DNA of 64,000 nt, taken from Planctomycetota bacterium. Its GTDB lineage: Bacteria > Planctomycetota > SZUA-567 > H5-PLA8. Positions 56,850-64,000 of this stretch are shown one piece after another. How positions within the stretch are numbered: position 1 is the stretch's first letter; each line of letters opens with the position of its first letter. The stretch covers positions 32,001 to 96,000 of the forward strand of contig JBBRPR010000003.1 of the NCBI GenBank assembly GCA_038227875.1. The letters are read 5' to 3'. The notes under the pieces were generated by a model. That model saw only the letters and a list, made by a program, of their open reading frames with translations, ran no database searches and was not told where the DNA came from. A program made the translations under genes and the position numbers.

Positions 56850-57605
56850 TTAGCCCCACGGCCCCCGTCCGTGAAAGCCGTAGAGCCGCAGTTGGCGCGC
56901 GGTCGCTTTCGCTTTCACGTGTTCCGGCAGAGTGTACCCCGTGAACGGGAAGAAGCGTTGAGCGAAGCAGCGCTTGCCATAGGAATATTGGAGCAGGTAC
57001 CGCGTCTTGTCGCTCAACACCGCGGCGCCGCGATGCCAGACTTGCGCGTGCTGCAAGGCGACGTCGCCGGCGTTGACGATCAGCGATTTCGCCGCGTGCT
57101 GCTTGTAGCTGGGCAGTTCATCCGGACCGACTTTCGGCGGGTGTTGTCCGGCTCGGTGGCTGTACGGCACGACCTGCGTCGGGCCATCGTCGGGGCCGAC
57201 GTCGGTCAGGTACCATTGCGTGTTCAGGGAAAAGCATGGCAGTTCGATGCGTTCGTCAAGCTCCACGCCGGCCGGCAGCGGAAAGAGCAACTCCTCGTCG
57301 CAGTGCCAGGTGGTGATTGCGAACTCCTTGCCGTTGCGGACGATGTTGTTGGCGATCAGATGGCAGTTGGAACCGAGAATCGCTTCGACGACATCGATGA
57401 CCGGCGAGTAATCAATGTGTTGCGCGAAGATGTCGCTGTAATGAAAGAGCTTCACGCGCAGCCAGTCGCCATATCCCTGCTCGGGCGCGGTGGACGGAAC
57501 TTCGCGGTAGATGCGGTCGATTTCGGAGCGGAATTGAGCGCATTTCTCGCGTGAGATCACGTTCGGGATGACGACGTAGCCTTCACGCCGGAACGTCGTG
57601 GCCAA
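56850..57605 (-). CDS. Phytanoyl-CoA dioxygenase (PhyH)-family Fe(II)/2OG oxygenase; true start may be 57676 across a frameshift
   Basis: FRREGYVVI, WHCD (HxD), YLTDV..DDGPT.VVPYSH, WHRG. Confidence 0.85.
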   Translation of the reverse strand: MATTFRREGYVVIPNVISREKCAQFRSEIDRIYREVPSTAPEQGYGDWLRVKLFHYSDIFAQHIDYSPVIDVVEAILGSNCHLIANNIVRNGKEFAITTWHCDEELLFPLPAGVELDERIELPCFSLNTQWYLTDVGPDDGPTQVVPYSHRAGQHPPKVGPDELPSYKQHAAKSLIVNAGDVALQHAQVWHRGAAVLSDKTRYLLQYSYGKRCFAQRFFPFTGYTLPEHVKAKATARQLRLYGFHGRGPWG

Positions 57606-57800
57606 CGCCTGTGTATTTCCTCCGCCGAATGGCGCGGTTTCGTTTCGGGTTCGATCGCCGTGCTTGCAGTCGACATTTCAGATGCTCCTGGGGTTGTGCG
57701 GCTCTGCGCACTGACACCTTCTGAATACCTCGCAAAATCCACCCCCGCCACGGATTTGAGACTTCACAAACAGGGGTCATGGGGGCTAAAATCGACTTTT

Positions 57801-58739
57801 ATGAGTACCCACCCCGCGCAGCGCCATTTCATCACACTCGATCAGATCTGCCCCAGCATGGACCTCGCCAGCGCGTGGGAATACGATCACGACGTCTGGT
57901 ACACCTACCGAAACCCCGGGCATCATTTGTTGCTGATTGAAAAAGGTGCGATCGAAGCACGCACTCCGGAAGGGCGATTTTCAGGCAAGGCCGGCGATCT
58001 GCTCTGCTTCCGGCCGACGGAAGTCAACGAATACGGCAGCGTCGGCGCGATCCGCTTCTACCAACTTCACGTCAACTTCGGAGCACCGCCGCGCGACCAG
58101 CACACCCCGTATCTCGATGAGATCGGCCCGCTGCCCCTGCATCTGTCTCTCGGAGAAGGCTTCGCACCGATGCGGCGCGTCTTCGAAACCTGCTGCCTGG
58201 AGTTATCGCAAAGCGGTGCCGCTCACCGCTTGCGCGTGCAGGCTGCCGTTTTCGAATTGCTCGCCATCGTCGCCGACGCCGCCGGCCGCGACCGCTCCCG
58301 CACGCCGAAGCTCGACGCCTGGCAGCGCATGCGGCTGCGCCTGGGTTCGCAACTGAACGCGGAGATGCGCATCGCAAAACTGGCGCGCGAAATGGGCATC
58401 GGCACCGACCATTTCATCCGGCAGTTCAAACAACGTTTCGGCACCAGCCCCAAGGCCTACCGCACGCACGCGAAAATGCGCGAAGCCGCGCGGCTGCTGC
58501 GCGCCGGCGATCAATCGGTGAAGTCCATCGCCTACGCGCTGGGTTTCCCCGACACCAAATCGTTCTCGCGCATTTTCAAACGCACGCTCGGCATGGTGCC
58601 CTCAGACATGCGCTCACAAACCGGCGCTGTCGGCCTGGCGGACGCACCGCTGCTGGCCGGACAACTTTACCCGATCAATCAACACGTCGTCCCGCCGCAC
58701 GCGGGCACGGACTGGTTCAAAAAGTGGGTGCCGCGATAG
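57801..58739 (+). CDS. AraC-family transcriptional regulator, divergent from the PhyH gene
   Basis: HFIRQFKQRFGTSPKAYR; IAYALGFPDTKSFSRIFKR. Confidence 0.9.
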   Translation: MSTHPAQRHFITLDQICPSMDLASAWEYDHDVWYTYRNPGHHLLLIEKGAIEARTPEGRFSGKAGDLLCFRPTEVNEYGSVGAIRFYQLHVNFGAPPRDQHTPYLDEIGPLPLHLSLGEGFAPMRRVFETCCLELSQSGAAHRLRVQAAVFELLAIVADAAGRDRSRTPKLDAWQRMRLRLGSQLNAEMRIAKLAREMGIGTDHFIRQFKQRFGTSPKAYRTHAKMREAARLLRAGDQSVKSIAYALGFPDTKSFSRIFKRTLGMVPSDMRSQTGAVGLADAPLLAGQLYPINQHVVPPHAGTDWFKKWVPR

Positions 58740-58750
58740 GCGCTTTTTTA

Positions 58751-58780
58751 TCTCGCGCAAAGACGCAAAGTCGCAAAGAA
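58751..58780. repeat. (CGCAAAGN)x3 dispersed repeat between convergent genes
   Basis: TCTCGCGCAAAGACGCAAAGTCGCAAAGAA. Confidence 0.8.
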
Positions 58781-58804
58781 CTGCTTACGGCAACTGCCTT
58801 CTGC

Positions 58805-60289
58805 CTATTCGTCTGTCGCGGGTTCGGGCTCGCCTTCTTGAGGCAGCACGCCGTATTTCATCAACTTGCGGTAGAGCGTCTTCAGGCCGATGCCGAGCAT
58901 CTTGGCGGCAAGTGTCTTGTTGCCTTTGGCCTTGTCGTAGACGGCGAGGATGAAGCGCTCTTCCACTTCGTCGAGTTTCAAATCGAGCGAGAGCTGCAGA
59001 TCCAATCCGGGCACCGTCGCGGTCGCCGCGAGGCCCGGGCCGGCCAGCGCCGCGGCCATGGGCGACGACGGGGACGTCGGCAACGCGATCCCCGCGCGCA
59101 GCAACACATCTTCGGGGAACGTTTCCGGATTGATCTCGTCGCCGGGCGAAAGCAAGTACGCCCGCTCGACGGCATTGCGCAGTTCGCGCACATTGCCGGG
59201 CCAATCGTAGCGCTGCAGCACGTCGGAAGCCGCGGGTGTGAAGGCCTTCGCGCGATTCTGCTGCGCGTTGAAATCCTTCAAGAAGTGTGCGGCGAGGAGC
59301 GGGATGTCGTCGCGCCGTTCGCGCAGCGGCGGCACGGGAATCTGGATGACGTTGATGCGGAAATAGAGGTCCTGGCGGAAGCGGCCGGCCGCCATCTCCG
59401 CTTTCAAATCGCGGTTGGTGGCGAAGATCATGCGCACATCCGTGCGGATGGTCTCGTTGCCGCCGACGCGCTCGAATTCCTGCTCCTGCAACACGCGCAG
59501 CAACTTCACCTGGATTTCCGGCGGGCATTCAGCAATTTCGTCGAGGAAGAGCGTGCCGCCGTCGGCCAGTTCGAAGCGGCCTTTGCGCATCCGCACCGCG
59601 CTGGTGAACGCGCCTTTTTCGTGGCCGAACAATTCGCTTTCGAGCAGATCGCGGGGCAGTGCGGCGACGTTGACTTTGACGAACGGTTTGCCCGCGCGGT
59701 CGCTGGCCGCCTGCAGCGCGCCGGCGACGACTTCCTTGCCCGCGCCGGATTCGCCGGTCAGCAGCACCGTCGCGTGCGTCGGGCCGATCTGGCGAATCAT
59801 GTCCTTGATGCGCTGAATCGCCGACGAGACGCCGACGAGTTCACTGTCGCCGCGCCGCCGCGTGACCAGCTCCTGTTGGAGCTCCGCGTTTTCGACCTGA
59901 ACTTTGCGCCAGCGCAGCGCGCCTTCGATCTCCGCGCGCAGGCGATTGAGGTCGATGGGCTTGGAGAGGTAATTGAACGCGCCCTTCTTCATCGCCTGGA
60001 CGGCCGTCTCTTCGCTGCCGTGCCCGGTGATCAGGATCACCGGCGACCCGGCCGATAGACGGCGCGCTTCTTCCAGCAACTCCATGCCGTCACCATCGGG
60101 CAGGCGCAGGTCGGTGATGATCATGTCGAATTCTTCGTCGCGCAGCTTTTCACGCGCCGCGCCGGCCGATGCCACTGCCGTGACCTTGCAGCCTTCCCTT
60201 TCGATCACGCCCGCCAGCGTGATGCGCGTGGTCTCGTGGTCTTCGACGAGCAGTACGGTGCGAGTCTGACGATAAGCGGGTGCAGCCAT
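58805..60289 (-). CDS. NtrC/AtoC-family sigma54-dependent response regulator
   Basis: Receiver (VEDH, TDLRLPDGDG, KP), GESGAGKE, ESELFGHEKGAFTSA, WPGNVREL, Fis-type HTH. Confidence 0.93.
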   Translation of the reverse strand: MAAPAYRQTRTVLLVEDHETTRITLAGVIEREGCKVTAVASAGAAREKLRDEEFDMIITDLRLPDGDGMELLEEARRLSAGSPVILITGHGSEETAVQAMKKGAFNYLSKPIDLNRLRAEIEGALRWRKVQVENAELQQELVTRRRGDSELVGVSSAIQRIKDMIRQIGPTHATVLLTGESGAGKEVVAGALQAASDRAGKPFVKVNVAALPRDLLESELFGHEKGAFTSAVRMRKGRFELADGGTLFLDEIAECPPEIQVKLLRVLQEQEFERVGGNETIRTDVRMIFATNRDLKAEMAAGRFRQDLYFRINVIQIPVPPLRERRDDIPLLAAHFLKDFNAQQNRAKAFTPAASDVLQRYDWPGNVRELRNAVERAYLLSPGDEINPETFPEDVLLRAGIALPTSPSSPMAAALAGPGLAATATVPGLDLQLSLDLKLDEVEERFILAVYDKAKGNKTLAAKMLGIGLKTLYRKLMKYGVLPQEGEPEPATDE

Positions 60290-60553
60290 TGAATTCCTCG
60301 TGAGTGCCGTTCGAATTGAATTATGCGGTACGCATCTCCCCCGCGCAAGCGCGCGCTGACGCGCGAGGGGCCAGTGTTCAGGGGCCAGGGGTCAGTGGTG
60401 GGTGCGTGCACGGTCGAGAGTGAAGTGCACGCGCGGTTGTGGCGTAGAAGGCAGAAGGCAGTGGCAATGGCAGTAGGCAGGACGGCTCGCGAGCCACTAG
60501 CGGCGGTGCTAGTTGATATCGGAATGACGAAGCGCTTGGAATTTGGACCGTTG

Positions 60554-60738
60554 TTGTGTGCCACTGGTGGCTGGCAGTTTAGCCACCAGTGCTGACCTCG
60601 CATGTGGCGCTGATCGGCGGAGTTGCCGGATCGCGTTGAAGCTCGCTCTGTGGCTTTTCCGACTGAATTTTCCGACTGAATACCGCCGTCCGCGAGTTCG
60701 CACTGGTGGCTCAACAGCCAGCCACCAGTGGCACACAA
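60554..60738. repeat. REP doublet (TGTGTGCCACTGG type) with long hairpins
   Basis: TTGTGTGCCACTGGTGGCTGGCAGTTTAGCCACCAGTGC (60554-60592) and inverted GCACTGGTGGCTCAACAGCCAGCCACCAGTGGCACACAA (60700-60738). Confidence 0.8.
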
Positions 60739-60776
60739 AAGCGGCCTAAATTGCAGTACAATGCGTCTTCTGCGAT

Positions 60777-61091
60777 TTACTGCTTAGGCATGCTTTTCAA
60801 TTTGAGTTTGATTCCCGCGTCAAGCGTGCGGACCAAGCTAAAGGAATTTTCAGTCGTAGCCCACTTTTCGTCGTAGGACTTAAAGTATATTTCTCTCATC
60901 GCGGCTTCATCGAAATCATGACCGTACTCGATGAGCGCTGCTGGCAAGTTGTGGATGGCATCTCCCAAGTCTCGGAATTGAGCGTCGCTAATATCGGCGC
61001 GCCAATATCCGCGCATATACAGCGCGACTTGATAGAACATAGTGTCCGGCGCTAAAGAAAGGTTCAGGAGCGAGGCGATAGGCATAACCAA
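60777..61091 (-). CDS. Small hypothetical protein, lower GC
   Basis: 104-aa ORF with LGDAIHNLP helix motif. Confidence 0.45.
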   Translation of the reverse strand: MVMPIASLLNLSLAPDTMFYQVALYMRGYWRADISDAQFRDLGDAIHNLPAALIEYGHDFDEAAMREIYFKSYDEKWATTENSFSLVRTLDAGIKLKLKSMPKQ

Positions 61092-61124
61092 ACATGGCGT
61101 AACTCCACTATAGATTTCTCAACG

Positions 61125-61829
61125 TCAATCGTCCTTCAGCGCCACGCACAGCTGGCACAAATTCGCGTCGTGAACTCCGCCGACGCGGTGGCGCGCCAGG
61201 ATCCGGCGGGAAATCTCGGCGAGTTCGCGGCGCACTTCGCGGCGGCGGCCTTTGATGCGCGCAATCGTCATCTGGTCGTAGGCGGTGGTGGCGTGGCGCA
61301 TCCAGGCGATCACGGCGGCTTCGGCGCGCTCCTCGACGGGAATCCGTTCCGTGCGCGCCACCGTGCCGCTGCCGACGGGCGTGGCGTGAGCGGCGACGCG
61401 ATCGGCGAGCGTCAACGCGAGCATCGCGTGCTCGGGCGCGAAATCGAGGAACTGCAGCACCGCCAGCGAGAATTCGCCGACGTACGCTTCCTGTTTCTGC
61501 TCGCGGCGTTTGGTGTCGGCGACGCGTCGCTTGGCGTACGCGGGCGTGGCGCGCTCCTGTTCGAGCACCGCACGCGCGGCGGCGATGTTGGCGGCCGGAG
61601 CCCACAGGCCCTGTGAAAATTTCTTGCGGCCTGTCACTTCGATCACCTGCCACGACGGTCCGGCGGCCTTCACGCGCCGCGTCAATCCCGCATCGCCCGG
61701 CGGCAGACACGCCCAGTCGCTCGGCGGCGACACGAGCGTTCCGTCCGGCTTGCGAAAGCGATGGCGCTCCGGCGTCGGACTCAAGATCAGGCATTCACCG
61801 GCGCTTGTGCCGGTTGAAACGGTCGTCAT
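61125..61829 (-). CDS. DUF2293 domain protein
   Basis: LPPGDAGLTRRVK, HATPVGSGTVART, AVIAWMRHATTAYD. Confidence 0.85.
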   Translation of the reverse strand: MTTVSTGTSAGECLILSPTPERHRFRKPDGTLVSPPSDWACLPPGDAGLTRRVKAAGPSWQVIEVTGRKKFSQGLWAPAANIAAARAVLEQERATPAYAKRRVADTKRREQKQEAYVGEFSLAVLQFLDFAPEHAMLALTLADRVAAHATPVGSGTVARTERIPVEERAEAAVIAWMRHATTAYDQMTIARIKGRRREVRRELAEISRRILARHRVGGVHDANLCQLCVALKDD

Positions 61830-63919
61830 TTATGCAACTCCACACGGATGTCATCGACGTAGAGCGGGCCGGCGTCGCCGTCTCCGCCCATCAGAAACAA
61901 GGCGACTGTGCCGTGCGGAACAAATTTGGCAACCAGATTCCCGAGCGGCCTGCCGCCGCCGGTCATCTTGGGATTGGCCCGGTCGCTGAAGTCGAACACC
62001 CATTCGCTCCAGCCTTTCGTTCGGCCGAGATTGGCGGGATGCGGGTCGTACCAGTTGTTTTCGCCGGTGTTGAACCACGCGAAATTTGCATCGCCGTCCA
62101 GATAGCTCCGCCAGCAGGTTCGCACGGCAAGAATGTCGCCATCGGCGGTCTTCACGCCCCAGCCCGGCCCGGTCAGCGTTTTGTTTCCGAACGTTTTGCC
62201 GTTGTCGTAAATCCAGAACGAGACTTTCACTGGAAGGTCGTCGTCGCCGCCAAAATTCAGAACGGCCGTCTGCCCGCCGGCGAGTTTCAAACTTTTCTTT
62301 CCGCCATGCGCCTGCTCGGCGCTGACAGTCGCCCCTTCAACATGCCAGCGCTTGTCGAGCGCATCTGTTTCGAAATCCACGCTGATCGAATCTCCCGGGC
62401 TGAGCACCGCCGGCCCGGCGTTCTCGCGTTTCGTCCCCAGCTTGACCCAGACCGGTTCGACGCGGCTTTCGCCGTTGAGCGTCCAGCGGATGCGGTATTC
62501 GCCGAGGTCCTTCTTGCCGGTTTTCGGGTTCGTGCCATCCCAGCGCGGCGCGTTGTATTCGGCGTCTTTGGGAACGTCGACGGTCGCCAGCGTCCCCAGC
62601 ACGGTCTTGCCCGTCGCGTCGAGCAGTTCGATCTTCAAATTTCCGGCGGCCAGCGTTTTGGTCGCCAGACGCAGGCGGCTTCCGGCGGCGGTTTCGATGA
62701 GATCCGGAATCGGCAACGCCAGCGCGAGGGCCTGCCCGGCCTGCAGCGGCGGATGCGCGACCTTGATCTGCGCCGGATCCTTGACGTACAGACGATCCCA
62801 TTTCAGATGCTGGCTGGTGACGTTTTTGAAATACGCGCGCGCAATCTGCGTTCGCGCATCGGTCTTCGCGCCCAGACTTTCTTCAAATTTCGCGCGCAAC
62901 GTTGCGTCGAAGCGAATCAGCCCGCTCCACAGCGCTCCGGCTTCCGACGAGCCGTCCGCGGAGCGCCACGGGTGCTTGCCGTCGCCTTTGCTCATCCACA
63001 GATTCGTGCGGATCATGCGTTCGAGATCGGCCTGCTCGAAGACCAATCCCGAATCGTAGACCTCCACGATCGCCGAGACTTCACCTTCCTGATACCCCGG
63101 CCGCGTCGGATGCACGCCAACCCAGTGCTTGGGCGTGCGGCCTTCAATGTCCCACGCGCCGTGCGGCATCCAGTAATTCCAGACGACACGATCTTCTGTC
63201 GGATAGTGCTGAAAGAGCATCTTCCCGCGCCCGAAGATGCGCTCGACGCGTTCGCGGTATTCCGGCTTGCCGGTGATGCGCCACAACCGCAGCAGCACAA
63301 TGGCCGCGTCGAAACTTTTGTTCAGCGGCTGCGTCAGCACCGTGTCCGGACGCTCGATCCACTTGCCGGTCTGCGTGTCGATCGCCTTTCCGTACGTGTG
63401 GTAGCTGCCCCAGCCGTCCTGATCCTGATAGTAGCAGCCGCGCTTGTTCCACTTTTCCCACAGGATGCGCGTGGTCAGATCGACGTAACTCTGCGCCTTT
63501 TTTCCGAAGCGTTCTTTAAGCGCCGGATCGCGCAGGACGACTTCCGCGAACTCCACCAGATGCGCGCAGAGCACCGCGTCTCCAACGAGCGCGTCTTCGT
63601 GAATCGTCGGCGTCGAGTCCTCTGTCGGGCCGATCCAGCCTTCGTAGCCGTCGGGATCTTTGCCGAGTTTCGCGATGCAGTAATCGAAGTAGAGAACCGC
63701 TTCGTCGAGCCACTTCGTGTTTTTGTAGGCCTGGTACGCTTCGAGAAAATCGCCCGCGGAATACGCCGCGTGCCAGCAGAAGGATTCGCCCTTTTCTTTC
63801 TCGAGCGACGGATCGGTCATCACATCGGCGTGGTACGCAACCGGATCGGGTTCATCGGACGCGCGAAGGCCGGCGGGCAGGAAACTCGCCACAAGAAGAA
63901 CGAGCATCAGCGTTCTCAT
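61826..63919 (-). CDS. Secreted multidomain protein (aromatic-rich helical N-domain, FlgD-Ig-like, CBM-like C-domain)
   Basis: Signal peptide; LWRITGKPEYRER; RWDGT...GEYRIRW; QAHGGKKSLKL; GGGAG RBS; ATGA overlap with DUF2293 gene. Confidence 0.7.
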   Translation of the reverse strand: MRTLMLVLLVASFLPAGLRASDEPDPVAYHADVMTDPSLEKEKGESFCWHAAYSAGDFLEAYQAYKNTKWLDEAVLYFDYCIAKLGKDPDGYEGWIGPTEDSTPTIHEDALVGDAVLCAHLVEFAEVVLRDPALKERFGKKAQSYVDLTTRILWEKWNKRGCYYQDQDGWGSYHTYGKAIDTQTGKWIERPDTVLTQPLNKSFDAAIVLLRLWRITGKPEYRERVERIFGRGKMLFQHYPTEDRVVWNYWMPHGAWDIEGRTPKHWVGVHPTRPGYQEGEVSAIVEVYDSGLVFEQADLERMIRTNLWMSKGDGKHPWRSADGSSEAGALWSGLIRFDATLRAKFEESLGAKTDARTQIARAYFKNVTSQHLKWDRLYVKDPAQIKVAHPPLQAGQALALALPIPDLIETAAGSRLRLATKTLAAGNLKIELLDATGKTVLGTLATVDVPKDAEYNAPRWDGTNPKTGKKDLGEYRIRWTLNGESRVEPVWVKLGTKRENAGPAVLSPGDSISVDFETDALDKRWHVEGATVSAEQAHGGKKSLKLAGGQTAVLNFGGDDDLPVKVSFWIYDNGKTFGNKTLTGPGWGVKTADGDILAVRTCWRSYLDGDANFAWFNTGENNWYDPHPANLGRTKGWSEWVFDFSDRANPKMTGGGRPLGNLVAKFVPHGTVALFLMGGDGDAGPLYVDDIRVELHK

Positions 63920-64000
63920 GCCGCGACTCCCATTTTCGAATCCTGAAATCCGAACCGTTACGCGTTCGTTCCGACGAAGCGATAAATCGGCCGGCCCTGC

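Noticed and set aside
61613..63946. 777-aa plus-strand ORF
   Set aside because: Antisense to a gene with signal peptide, RBS and coupled stop/start; composition typical of a shadow frame

Overview
GC-rich bacterial chromosomal window. A Planctomycetota/PVC-like origin is inferred from gene content (PQQ-type propeller, EF-hand secreted protein, DUF1570-like zincin, many Y1-transposase-type REP elements). It carries about 50 CDS. Recognisable housekeeping or envelope genes are an MscK-like channel, chrA, bioD, a CBS/DRTGG pyrophosphatase, yciF, a MurJ-like flippase, tsaB, a MacAB-type exporter, two AraC regulators and an NtrC-type regulator. Standout elements: (1) a two-gene operon with a near-consensus sigma54 promoter, encoding a 1766-aa phage-tail-fibre-like mosaic protein and a 943-aa secreted beta-solenoid, followed by a perfect parS-type palindrome; (2) a stand-alone Y1/HUH transposase (RAYT-like, no tnpB) nested in two layers of multi-hairpin repeats, plus several other REP-doublet, 8-mer and 7-mer repeat families; (3) a hexaheme cytochrome c with an N-terminal cytochrome P460-like domain; (4) two paralogous metallophosphoesterases, one lacking two metal ligands; (5) an ankyrin protein with a tail of T-G-x-[FY]-P-R repeats. 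No rRNA, tRNA or CRISPR array was seen. All calls come from motif recognition by eye; no database searches were run.
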